Shown here one piece after another: positions 1 through 8,963 of a DNA stretch of 45,627 nt. The number at the start of each line of letters is the position of its first letter. Within the stretch, counting starts at the first letter, position 1. Under the pieces are notes generated by a model. The model worked only from the letters and a program-made list of their open reading frames with translations. It made no database searches and was not told the origin of the DNA. This DNA comes from Thermostichus sp. DRC_bins_24 (lineage in GTDB: Bacteria; Cyanobacteriota; Cyanobacteriia; Thermostichales; Thermostichaceae), in NCBI GenBank assembly GCA_039794845.1, contig JAUQVK010000095.1:1-45627 (forward strand). Reading direction: 5' to 3'. A program made the translations under genes and the position numbers.

Positions 1-122
1 TTCAGTCATGGGGCGTTTCTGTAAACACGCCTCAAGGCTCGAAGATTTTAAGCTGTCCTCTCAGCTACGATGCTTCAGGGCTGTTGAAAGCCCGCGCTCT
101 ATGCGTAGCATGTTGGCGTTAG
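1..122 (+). CDS. tnpB: 3' end of a TnpB (IS200/IS605-family RNA-guided nuclease) gene, truncated by the window edge
   Basis: The frame from base 3 reads QSWGVSVNTPQGSKILSCPLSYDASGLLKARALCVACWR* (TAG 120-122). It aligns by eye with the TnpB tail at the other window end (IGLSVIQPGGSWLSC...GLLK...KARAV). Confidence 0.7.
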   Translation, partial: QSWGVSVNTPQGSKILSCPLSYDASGLLKARALCVACWR

Positions 123-154
123 TCTGCCGTTAGGCATTGCGCCAGGTAGTTTAC
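86..154 (+). mobile_element. IS200/IS605-family right end / omegaRNA 3' scaffold
   Basis: GAAAGCCCGCGCTCTATGCGTAGCAT...TGCGCCAGGTAGTTTAC with small hairpins, directly after the TnpB tail. Parallels the minus-strand GAAAGCCCGTGCCGTACTGCGTAAGC...GACGTTAC ending at 45337. Confidence 0.7.
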
Positions 155-283
155 TGCCATCTTAGGGGTCTGGGGTAATTCCTGTCAGATTAAGGTAGAG
201 AAAACCAACCCTGACCTCTAGGGATCCAATCCTGCCCCGGAGCTATTACAAGGAGCTTTTACAAGATCCAGCCGATGTTGGGA

Positions 284-1393
284 CTAGCGAATGTACTGAG
301 CCAAGGCCCGAGACGAATGGCCGACCCGTAATTTGCGCAGAGCATCTCGCTCGATCTGCCGGATCCGTTCCCGCGTCAGGTTGAAGTGATCCCCCACTTC
401 GCGTAGGGTCTTGGACTGTTGCCCATCCAGTCCGTAGCGCAACTCCAACACTTGCCGCTCGATTGGCTTCAGAACTTGCAGCGCAGAACGCACATCCTGC
501 TGCATCGATTGCACAAGGATCCCCTGGAAGGGTTGTTCAAAGCGCTCATCCTGCAACAGATCCCCGAGGCGGCTTTCTCCCTCCTGCCCCACCGGCACAT
601 CCAACGACAAGGGCAAGGCAGCAGCCTGCTGGATCATGCGCAGTTTCTTGACCTTAATGCCCAGCGCCTCGGCCAACTCCACCTCTGTGGGTCGTCGCCC
701 CTGGGTTTTCATCAGCTCGCGGTTGGTGCGTTTGAGCAGGCGCACCTTGTCCACCATGTGGACCGGCAGGCGAATGGTTCGGGCTTGATTGGCGATGCAG
801 CGGGTAATGCCCTGACGAATCCACCAATGGGCGTAGGTGCTAAAGCGAAAGCCCCGCTCGGCGTTAAACTTCTCGGTGGCCCGGATCAACCCGACATTGC
901 CCTCCTGGATCAGATCCAAAAAGGGGACCCCCCGGTTCAGATATTTTTTGGCAACGCTAACCACCAAACGCAGGTTGGCATTGATCAGCTTCCTCTGGGC
1001 CCGTTCCCCCTGCCGAATGCGAGCGCGCAGCGTAGAGACAGAGATCTGCAACATCGCTGCCAGTTCAGCCTCGCTGGGATCCTCTCCCCGCTGTGCCCGC
1101 CATTCCTGTCGGGCTTGATCGATGAGGAGTTTTTGCTGGATTTTGCGGGATAGCTCTATTTCTTCAGCATGATCGATGCGGGGTACACGACCAATTTCAT
1201 TCAAATAGTGGTCGACGGCATCTTCGTTCAACCGGGATCCGCCAGCATTGGCTTCCAAATCAGCCTCTCCAGCAATGTCTCGGGGGGTAGATCCAGAGTC
1301 AGACCAGAGATCGTCGAGTTCCTGAGGGGAGGAAGCAGAGTCTTCAGGATAGGGACGAGAAAAAGCCACGGTCAGGTGAGGGAAGAACTTCAC
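284..1393 (-). CDS. RNA polymerase sigma-70 factor, group 2 (RpoD-like)
   Basis: Region 1.2 DAVDHYLNEIGR, region 2 NLRLVVSVAKKY..DLIQEGNVGLIRA..FSTYAHWWIRQ, region 4 TLREVGDHFNLTRERIRQIE. The exact start is uncertain. Confidence 0.95.
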   Translation of the reverse strand: MKFFPHLTVAFSRPYPEDSASSPQELDDLWSDSGSTPRDIAGEADLEANAGGSRLNEDAVDHYLNEIGRVPRIDHAEEIELSRKIQQKLLIDQARQEWRAQRGEDPSEAELAAMLQISVSTLRARIRQGERAQRKLINANLRLVVSVAKKYLNRGVPFLDLIQEGNVGLIRATEKFNAERGFRFSTYAHWWIRQGITRCIANQARTIRLPVHMVDKVRLLKRTNRELMKTQGRRPTEVELAEALGIKVKKLRMIQQAAALPLSLDVPVGQEGESRLGDLLQDERFEQPFQGILVQSMQQDVRSALQVLKPIERQVLELRYGLDGQQSKTLREVGDHFNLTRERIRQIERDALRKLRVGHSSRALAQYIR

Positions 1394-1734
1394 CTCTTAG
1401 TCTAGGAAAGTTTCCGCTTCTGCCGCGAACGAAAATCGATCATGCCCTGCTTTTTTTGCCCAGAGATTTTTTCTGTTGGAAGAGGAGGAACAACAGGGAT
1501 CCCATTCCAAAAGCTCCACTCAGAGAGGGATCCGCCCCAAAAATGGCTGTAAGCGATTTTCGATCTTGAGCCTTGAGGTAAGATTGTATGTGGATAGTCC
1601 GAATCCGTGACTGCTGGACGGGATCCACGAAGAGAGGCGGGAAAGGCTCCTTGCCAGCTCAGGTTACCATGTGCCCTCTGAGGAACCATCCACCCCCTCA
1701 GCCTAGCAAAGAATATTTACAACTCCTTGCTCCT

Positions 1735-1995
1735 ATGGAGTCGAACCTTGACCAGCACCCTCCAGCAGCCAACTTGATTGGGGAGCGGGTGCGCTGGGTA
1801 CGCGAGCGGCTGCAACTGACCCAAGATCAGCTGGCAGGTCGTCTGGCCAAATACGGCGTGCAGTTGGACTACGTCAAGATTGGCCAGGTAGAAAAGGGAA
1901 AACGGCGGGTCATCGACAAGGAATTGGTGGCTTTCGCCAAAGCATTGGGGGTATCCGTGACTTGGCTGCTGAGCGGAGACGAATCCCATCTTTAG
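1735..1995 (+). CDS. XRE-family helix-turn-helix transcriptional regulator (86 aa)
   Basis: IGERVRWVRERLQLTQDQLA...IGQVEKGKRRV..ELVAFAKALGVSVTWLL is an HTH_3 pattern. ATG 1735 chosen over the ORF-track start 1588. Confidence 0.85.
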   Translation: MESNLDQHPPAANLIGERVRWVRERLQLTQDQLAGRLAKYGVQLDYVKIGQVEKGKRRVIDKELVAFAKALGVSVTWLLSGDESHL

Positions 1996-2319
1996 CTGCT
2001 TTCAGGGGTCTGTCCGACAGAAAGATACATCTAAAATCCAGATGTCTCCGGTAAAAATACGTAAATATTTTGCAGATTTTGGGTATAATCCCCGGCGACT
2101 TCCGTGTTTATACCCTAAACTTAGTACAGCCGAGGTAAAGCCTTATTTTCCTGTGATCTCTCCCCAGGATATGGATACAGCGCATCCCTTGGAGTACGGA
2201 ATCTTTCCAAGGGAGATTCTGATCACCGATTGCTTCATCTAAGCTTGATATCGTTGATTCAGTGTTAAGCTCCCTCTATTCCATATACCCGCGTCCATCT
2301 GCCTGTGCGAGGTTTGCCG

Positions 2320-2685
2320 ATGTTCTTTTTCTTCAAAAATTCCGACAGCTCCAACAATCGACAAAGCGGAGCCCATCGCGTTCCTGCTTCCAGCAAAACC
2401 ACTGGCACGCAGCGGATCCCTAACTACAACCGCATGTCTGCCCCCCATGAGGTGCTTAAGCAGGAAAAGCAGATGAAGCGGGAGCAGGAGTTTACCGAGA
2501 TGGAGCGAACCATCAATCGCATCCATTACTTCTACCAAAAGGCCGATATGCCCCCCGAGATGCGGCAAATGATAACCTACCGCAAGTTGATGGAGCTCGA
2601 CTACTTCACCCCACAGGCGGCCAGAGAACTGCTCCGGCAATGGCAGCAGCAGGAAGAACGGAAACAAGAACGCCATCGCGCTTGA
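2320..2685 (+). CDS. hypothetical protein (~121 aa, charged helical)
   Basis: Natural-looking E/K/R/Q-rich helical composition; GAGG upstream of ATG 2320; family not recognised. Confidence 0.65.
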   Translation: MFFFFKNSDSSNNRQSGAHRVPASSKTTGTQRIPNYNRMSAPHEVLKQEKQMKREQEFTEMERTINRIHYFYQKADMPPEMRQMITYRKLMELDYFTPQAARELLRQWQQQEERKQERHRA

Positions 2686-2822
2686 GGAATGACGGGGATC
2701 CCTTTCCCTAATCCCTAGCAATTGCTGGGTCGGTGCTTGGCAGCCTATTGTTTCAGCAGGCTTGAGTTCATCAGGCCTTCATGTTTTGTATGTTTTGATT
2801 GCTGAGGATCCCTCTCACGATC

Positions 2823-4109
2823 TCAAGGGTAGAGGCCGCGATCCTGTAGGGCCTGTGCCACCCGACCCACCCCCAACGTGTAGGCCGCCAATCGCAGCGG
2901 CACTTGGCGGTGTTCGGCCTCTTGCACCACCCGACCAAAGGCGCGTACCATCAGCCCTTCCATTTCCTGGTTGACCCGTTCTTCATCCCAGAATACGTAG
3001 GAAAGCCCCTGCACCCACTCCAGGTAGCTCACCACCACTCCGCCGGCATTGGTCAGAATATCCGGCAGTACGGTGATCCCTCTTGATTCCAGAATGTGGT
3101 CGGCGGCGAGTGTGGTCGGCCCATTGGCGGCTTCTGCCACGATCTGCACCTGAATTTGGTGGGCATTGGCCTCGGTAATTTGGTTTTCGAGGGCAGCAGG
3201 GATCAACACATCTGCTTTTTGCACCAACAGGTCCTCGTTGCCGATCGGTTCGGATCCCGGAAAGCCCACCATGCTGCCCCCCCGTTCACTCATGTAAGCC
3301 TTGAGGGCGGGAATATCCAGTCCTTGGGGGTTGTAGATGCCCCCCGATCCCCTAGAAACCGCCATGATTTTTGCCCCCGCTTGATGCAATAAGCTGGCTG
3401 CAGCCCCGCCCACATTGCCAAAGCCTTGGATCAGCACCGTCGCCTCCGCCAGGGATCCACCCCGTCGGGCCAGAGCCTCACGCACCGTGATCATCACCCC
3501 TCGCCCGGTGGCCTGTTCCCGCCCTCGGGATCCACCAATGGAGAGGGGTTTGCCCGTTACCACCCCGGGCACCGCATGGCCCACATTCATGGAGTAGGTA
3601 TCCATCATCCAGGCCATTTCGCGGGCGGAAGTCCCCATGTCCGGAGCGGGAATATCAACGGCAGGGCCAATGTCTTTGATCAGTTCGCTGGTGTAGCGGC
3701 GGGTAATGCGCTCCAGTTCTGAGACGGAATAACGCCGCGGATCGATGGGGATCCCCCCTTTGGCTCCACCGTAGGGAATGCCCATAAGGGCACATTTCCA
3801 GGTCATGAGCATGGCCAGGGCCGATACTTCCTCTAGAGTGACCGCCGGATGGTAGCGGATCCCACCTTTGTAGGGGCCGAGGATGTCGCAGTGTTGAACC
3901 CGATGGCCTGCCAAGACTTGGATCTGCTGATTATCCAACCGCACCGGGATCGCCACCGTCACCACCTTGCGGGGGGTGCTGAGCATCGCCAGCAAGCCGG
4001 GATCCAGCTTCAGCTCACGGGCCGCCCAATCGAGGTAACTGCACGCCTGGGCAAAGGGGCAGATGTGAGCCGGAGAAGGAGGGGCAGATACAGGAGGACT
4101 GGCAACCAT
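2823..4109 (-). CDS. gdhA: Glu/Leu/Phe/Val dehydrogenase (glutamate dehydrogenase)
   Basis: GPYKGGIRYHP, MTWKCAL..YGGAKGGI, DIPAPDMGT, QGFGNVG, EAANGP, NAGGVVVSYLEWVQ. Confidence 0.95.
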   Translation of the reverse strand: MVASPPVSAPPSPAHICPFAQACSYLDWAARELKLDPGLLAMLSTPRKVVTVAIPVRLDNQQIQVLAGHRVQHCDILGPYKGGIRYHPAVTLEEVSALAMLMTWKCALMGIPYGGAKGGIPIDPRRYSVSELERITRRYTSELIKDIGPAVDIPAPDMGTSAREMAWMMDTYSMNVGHAVPGVVTGKPLSIGGSRGREQATGRGVMITVREALARRGGSLAEATVLIQGFGNVGGAAASLLHQAGAKIMAVSRGSGGIYNPQGLDIPALKAYMSERGGSMVGFPGSEPIGNEDLLVQKADVLIPAALENQITEANAHQIQVQIVAEAANGPTTLAADHILESRGITVLPDILTNAGGVVVSYLEWVQGLSYVFWDEERVNQEMEGLMVRAFGRVVQEAEHRQVPLRLAAYTLGVGRVAQALQDRGLYP

Positions 4110-4171
4110 GGCGAGGGGAGGAAGGGGGCTGTTTCCACGCTATCTCCGCCTGACTTGGGAGAGGAGCATTT

Positions 4172-4187
4172 TGTAGCAATCGTTACA
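4172..4187. promoter_or_regulatory. NtcA-type box upstream of gdhA
   Basis: TGTAGCAATCGTTACA is a perfect TGTA-N8-TACA, about 63 bp upstream of the gdhA ATG. Confidence 0.6.
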
Positions 4188-4854
4188 GATAATTGAGGGT
4201 TTGCAGCAGGGCAAAGCAGAGACCGGCGCTGGCCAGCGGCACGGTCAAATTATCCAACCCGTACCACGAGAACATCTCCAGCCCCATGGCAACTCCTCCT
4301 ACCAAGAGACTGATGCCCAGCAAAGGGGCGGAGAACCCAAAGTACCCCAACAAGACTGCCGCCATCACCAAGCTGCTCACCCCCCACATGGTCAGGGATC
4401 CCTCCCAGCTTTTTTGAATGGATCCCAGTTGGTAGGGGTGTTTGCCCCAGGTTTTGCCCACCAAACCCGCCAGGGCATCCGCCCAGGTCATCACCAAAAT
4501 GCCGATCACCGCCAAGAGTTGTCGCTGGGGCAGCCAAAACCAGAACAGCAACAGGCCAATGCTGAGGGCATAAAAACAGGTGCCAAAACTCCTCCGACCG
4601 ACACCATTCAGGCTCTGCAAAATCGCCACTCGATAGGAAAGCAGCGCTAGCCCAGCAAACACCAGCGAAAAGCTCACCCCCAGCCAACGGGGCACCTGCA
4701 GGGCCCAGGCCAGCAAAATGATGTTGCCAACGCCAATATGGATCACCTTACGCACCCATTCACCATCTACCTGCCGGGAACGGAGCCATTCGGCCAGTGC
4801 AAAAACGGTGCCCAGCCAAAGGGCGTAGCAAGCGATCTGCTGGGGCAGGCCCAT
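4183..4854 (-). CDS. phytol/dolichol kinase family membrane protein (CTP_transf_1)
   Basis: RKVIHIGVG, MTWADALAGLVGK.WG, KSWEGS, GLDNLTVP; multiple TM helices. Confidence 0.88.
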   Translation of the reverse strand: MGLPQQIACYALWLGTVFALAEWLRSRQVDGEWVRKVIHIGVGNIILLAWALQVPRWLGVSFSLVFAGLALLSYRVAILQSLNGVGRRSFGTCFYALSIGLLLFWFWLPQRQLLAVIGILVMTWADALAGLVGKTWGKHPYQLGSIQKSWEGSLTMWGVSSLVMAAVLLGYFGFSAPLLGISLLVGGVAMGLEMFSWYGLDNLTVPLASAGLCFALLQTLNYL

Positions 4855-4863
4855 GAAACGGTC

Positions 4864-5400
4864 TCAGAGGGTTTTCAAGTAGCTGAGCAGGTCGGCCATT
4901 TCCTGGGGATCTGGCTGGAACTGGGGCATGGGGGGGGTGTTGCCGCTGGTTACTTGTTGAATGATAAAGCGTTCAGAGCGACGGTTGCTAACTCCCCTCA
5001 AACTGGGGCCCACCCGACCATCCGCCTCTTCTCCATGGCAGGCGGCACAGTTGAGGGCAAACAAAGATGCACCATGGCTGGCCTGTCCCTCTAGGCTGAG
5101 TACAGCAGCAGTGTAAGGATCCAACTTGGCTCCGGCGCCCAACCAAGTCCAGGCAATCGCCACCAACCCGAGGACAAGTAAACCTAGACGGAAAAACCTT
5201 CCCCAAGCACCTGTGAAGGGTTGCCTCAGGGACGCAGGTAAAGACGTTAAGGGTTGCGGAGGTTGGGATTGAAGCCGTTTGTGCTCGAAATCTACAAGGC
5301 TGCCAGGAGAAGACTGGCCGCTGCCGGATTCGGTAATGTCCGAGAGGAAATGAGGCACAGACGATACTGAGAGGCGCTGTTTCAAACGTTTACATTTCAA
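4864..5400 (-). CDS. cytM: cytochrome cM (c-type, membrane-anchored); true start probably downstream of 5400
   Basis: TM helix then DPY..VLSLEG...LFALNCAACHG (CxxCH), VGPSL, TPPMPQFQPDPQEMADLLSYL. Confidence 0.85.
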   Translation of the reverse strand: MKCKRLKQRLSVSSVPHFLSDITESGSGQSSPGSLVDFEHKRLQSQPPQPLTSLPASLRQPFTGAWGRFFRLGLLVLGLVAIAWTWLGAGAKLDPYTAAVLSLEGQASHGASLFALNCAACHGEEADGRVGPSLRGVSNRRSERFIIQQVTSGNTPPMPQFQPDPQEMADLLSYLKTL

Positions 5401-5439
5401 CCAACACCATAGCCTAGGAGCCTTTTCCTGCCAACAATC

Positions 5440-5455
5440 TGTAACGGTATTTACT
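5440..5455. promoter_or_regulatory. possible NtcA-type box upstream of cytM
   Basis: TGTAACGGTATTTACT (GTA-N8-TAC). On the minus strand a TAGGCT (TAN3T) lies 24 nt downstream at 5416-5411. Confidence 0.4.
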
Positions 5456-7313
5456 TTTTCTTAATGGTTTGCCGAGCCTCTTCGGATCCCTCCGGGGAGG
5501 CGTTCTTGGGGAATAGTCTTCTCATCGCCTCCTCCTGGGCCCAGGGATCGCGGTTGAGGCTGTGGAGGGTATTGGCCCATTGGAAGTGTCCTTGCAGGCG
5601 GCGGTAGAGGGACAGGCTGCCATAAAGGACAACTGCCGCCACCCGCTCCCGGTGTTGCTGCAGCCAATCCAGCACGTAGTGGGGCAAAGGGTCCCGAAGG
5701 AAGCCTTGGAAAATCAACCCTGTAGCGGTGTTCAAAGAGGCTTCCAGTCCGGGCAGAGGAGTGAGGGCATCGCTGAGCAAAGGGGGAATGCGTAAAGTCG
5801 ATGGGATCCGCAAAGCGGGAGATTCCAGACTAAGCGTGCCGGGGTCCAGTGGCGGATCCTGCCAAATCCAGTTCAACCACCCCGGCCCTATAGGCAAGCT
5901 GAGGGGTTGGCCCCCTTCCACCCCACCCCGGGCCATGGCCGCTTGACAAGGGGCAATATCCGGCTCCACCAAAAGGGCTCCCAGCTGTTCGGCCCTTTGT
6001 AGACGGGAGGGGAAGTTGGGGCGAGTGCTGAACAACTTGCCCAGGGCAGATTCTTTGGCGATGGGATCCCCCAACAACACCGGCTTGAGCTGTTCGGCAG
6101 GAGAACCGCGACTCCCATCAGGCTCGGTGCGCTCCGTGCTGCCCATCCATCCGGCTACGGTTGTGAAATCCGTTTCCGCCAGCGCCGGCCATACTTCCTT
6201 GAGCCAGGGAGAAACACCCGCCAGAACCCGCTGCTTAGCCCGCAGAACCCGCGTCACCGACTGGGCGATCTGGGTTGGGTTAAGGGATCCCTGTCGAACC
6301 GCTTCCAAAATGGCTGCTAGAGCTACCTTTGGCTCAGGAGGGGCCAAGATCAGATCGGCCCCCGCCTGCAGGGCTCGCACCGCTAAGGTGCCCGGATCCG
6401 CCAACTCCGCCAGAAATCCCTGCTCGAGGCTATCGACCACGATCAAGCCCGTAAAGCCCCATTCTTGGCGCAATAGCTGGGTTAGTCGTCCCGGCAGAAG
6501 GGTGATCGGCCACCGTTCGTCCCATTCGGGCAGCACCACATGGGCTATCCGCATCGCCCCCACCTGATTCACCAAACCGCGAAAGGGCAGCCATAGGGTT
6601 TCTTGCAGCTGGGCAATCGGGGTAGAAAGTTGGGGCCGCAGGGGGTTTGTTGTCGCGGCTGCTCGCGTTAGCGGGACGGAGTCCGATCCCAACAGCAAAG
6701 ATGAAGCACTGGGCAAAGCCGCCGACCCTAACCCCGGAAAGGAACTGGCCGTGGTCAGGATCCCGGGACAACCTGCGCTGTTCAGAGCGATCAACTCACA
6801 TCCGCGCACAAAGGCACTGGCCAGCTGCAACGCCGATAGAGGATCCTCCGCCAAAGCCGGCGACTCGATCCCAACTCCCCCTTCTCCTAGAGGCTCTACC
6901 ACTGGATTCAGCAGCCAATGAATGCCGATGGCCGCCGCCTCACGCGCAATGATTTGCCCCCACCGCTCTGCCCAGAGTTCTGCTTCCGATCCCAAGCGGC
7001 TGAGCCCGAGCGGATGCGGAAAAGGCGTAGCCCCCGACAAAGCCACTCCTCGACCGGCCTCTGCAGCAACCAAAAGGGGTAGGGGAGCCCATTCCTGCAC
7101 CTGCTCCAACAGCAAAAAGGCCTCTGCCACATGCCCACCCCTGAGCCAAAGCCCACCGATCCCCACCTCTTGAATCAACCGTTTAAGAGTGTCTCGACCG
7201 GGGACCTGGGATCCCAAACGGGCCGAAACCGGCAACACCAACAACTGCGCCACCTGACGCGCCAAGGAAAGAGGCTGACCGAACTCGTCAGGAGGAGATC
7301 CAGAAAAACTCAT
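5451..7313 (-). CDS. glycoside hydrolase family 3 (NagZ-like) protein with degenerate active site
   Basis: GATPFPHPLGL, AREAAAIGIHWLLNPV, LLRQEWGFTGLIVVDSL, ALQAGADLIL, IAQSVTRVLRAK. The canonical KHFPGHG reads SSFPGLG. Confidence 0.85.
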   Translation of the reverse strand: MSFSGSPPDEFGQPLSLARQVAQLLVLPVSARLGSQVPGRDTLKRLIQEVGIGGLWLRGGHVAEAFLLLEQVQEWAPLPLLVAAEAGRGVALSGATPFPHPLGLSRLGSEAELWAERWGQIIAREAAAIGIHWLLNPVVEPLGEGGVGIESPALAEDPLSALQLASAFVRGCELIALNSAGCPGILTTASSFPGLGSAALPSASSLLLGSDSVPLTRAAATTNPLRPQLSTPIAQLQETLWLPFRGLVNQVGAMRIAHVVLPEWDERWPITLLPGRLTQLLRQEWGFTGLIVVDSLEQGFLAELADPGTLAVRALQAGADLILAPPEPKVALAAILEAVRQGSLNPTQIAQSVTRVLRAKQRVLAGVSPWLKEVWPALAETDFTTVAGWMGSTERTEPDGSRGSPAEQLKPVLLGDPIAKESALGKLFSTRPNFPSRLQRAEQLGALLVEPDIAPCQAAMARGGVEGGQPLSLPIGPGWLNWIWQDPPLDPGTLSLESPALRIPSTLRIPPLLSDALTPLPGLEASLNTATGLIFQGFLRDPLPHYVLDWLQQHRERVAAVVLYGSLSLYRRLQGHFQWANTLHSLNRDPWAQEEAMRRLFPKNASPEGSEEARQTIKKK

Positions 7314-7457
7314 TGGGCCAGAGGAAGAAGAAACAAGTTTTCACAGGGGAGCGGGTAAGTAAACCTCGGGACTGACGAGAACAGACCGCTCAGCCCGCCC
7401 ATAACGTGCCCATAACAGCACCACCCAAACCCTTGTGGGCAATCGAACCCATCATAC

Positions 7458-8912
7458 TCAGCGTCTCAGCCCAATGCTTGGCTTGTTCGACCGCCGACAA
7501 TGGTCACAGGTTCCACAGGGTTGGCTGGGCTGCAAGGGATCCCCTAGCCCATAGCGGAAAAACTGCAAGATCACCTGCCAACGACAACCACGGGTGTTGA
7601 TCAAAGCTTCCATGCCCTGCCAGGGATCCGCCCCCGGGTAGGGGGGGAGGCGATGGGGGCGGCGCAGCACCTGAAATCGAAAGGGATCCTGCCATTGCAA
7701 ACAACCCATTTCCTGCAACAAGCCGAGGGCCACGCGGGAGTCTCCCGGAGGAACCTCTGCATAGGATCCCTGAGCGGGCAGGGTTTTGAGCAGGGCGAGG
7801 GCTTGATCCCGAATGCGGTGTTGCTGCCGATAAAAATAGGCTTGTCGTTGCCGATCCGTCGGATCCAAGAAGCCGGTCGGCTCCGAGACCAGCATTAGGG
7901 CCCGGCAAGGACCACCATCCCGCCCACCCCGCCCCACCTCCTGCAGGTAATCCGTCAAATCGGGAGGAGGCTGAAAATGCAGAACCCAACGCACATCCGG
8001 CTTGTTAATGCCCATCCCAAACGCATTGGTACACACCAAAAACCGCAGCTCATTCTGCAACCAAGCCCGTTCCAACTGACGACGGGATCCCCCATCCAAG
8101 CCGCCATGGTAAGTTGCGGTTTGCCAGCCCCGAGCCCTCAACCACTCCGTCAGGGTTTGCCCATCCTGTCGGGTGCGCACATACACCAGCCCCGAGCCGG
8201 GATGGCTCCGTAGGAACTGCACCATTTGTCGACGGCGATCGGCGACACTCCAGGCTATGGAAACATTCAAGGAAAGGTTCGGGCGAATGGGATCCGTATC
8301 GATGCGCTGCGGGTTCTGCAAATCCAAAGCCTGGCTGAGGCGGGCCTGAGTTTGCGGATCGGCCGTGGCCGTAAAAGCGGCAATCGGAAAAGAGGGCTTG
8401 ACTTGAGCAAGGGCAGGGCGTAGCAATCCCACCCGGCGGTAGTCGGGCCGGAAGGATCCCCCCCAATGCACCAAGGTATGGGCTTCATCCACAATCAGGC
8501 CGTTGATCTGCACCTGCGGCTGTTGCAACCGCTGCCAAACCGGAGGGCTAAACAGGGTTTCCGGCCCCAAGTAGAGCAACCGCAGCCGGTTTTCTTCCAG
8601 GGCTTTCAGCACCCGTTTGCGCAAGGCCGGATCCAGTTCGCTGTGGAGACAGGCCGCCGGCAGCTTCCGTTTCCACAAATCCTGCACTTGGTCTTCCATG
8701 AGGGCAATCAGAGGCGACACCACCAAGGTCACCCCCGTTTGCAGCAGTGCCGTCACCTGAAAACAGAGGGATTTGCCAAACCCTGTCGGCAACACCACCA
8801 GCGCATCCCGTTTGTCCAGTAAAGTGCGGATCACCTGATCCTGCGGTGGGCGCAGTGACTCGTAACCCCAGTGGTGTTTGAGGGCGTGTTGAATCTGCTG
8901 CCAATCCTGCAA
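7458..8912 (-). CDS. recQ: RecQ-family ATP-dependent DNA helicase (short form, no HRDC evident)
   Basis: LPTGFGKSLCFQ, VSPLIALMEDQV, VDEAH..WG.SFRPDY, TATAD, TNAFGMGINKPDVR, QEVGRGGRDG, Zn motif CRW...CGTCDHC; TTG start preceded by GAGG. Confidence 0.95.
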   Translation of the reverse strand: MQDWQQIQHALKHHWGYESLRPPQDQVIRTLLDKRDALVVLPTGFGKSLCFQVTALLQTGVTLVVSPLIALMEDQVQDLWKRKLPAACLHSELDPALRKRVLKALEENRLRLLYLGPETLFSPPVWQRLQQPQVQINGLIVDEAHTLVHWGGSFRPDYRRVGLLRPALAQVKPSFPIAAFTATADPQTQARLSQALDLQNPQRIDTDPIRPNLSLNVSIAWSVADRRRQMVQFLRSHPGSGLVYVRTRQDGQTLTEWLRARGWQTATYHGGLDGGSRRQLERAWLQNELRFLVCTNAFGMGINKPDVRWVLHFQPPPDLTDYLQEVGRGGRDGGPCRALMLVSEPTGFLDPTDRQRQAYFYRQQHRIRDQALALLKTLPAQGSYAEVPPGDSRVALGLLQEMGCLQWQDPFRFQVLRRPHRLPPYPGADPWQGMEALINTRGCRWQVILQFFRYGLGDPLQPSQPCGTCDHCRRSNKPSIGLRR

Positions 8913-8963
8913 ACGGCGACCTCTTTTGGGTGAACGTTGTAAACCTCTCAGTAGGCCTCGGCC

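Noticed and set aside
1..1393. tnpB next to a sigma factor as an RNA-guided transcription system (dCas12f-sigmaE type)
   Set aside because: The sigma factor is an ordinary group-2 sigma70, not ECF, and it is convergent with tnpB. The adjacency is best explained by IS insertion.
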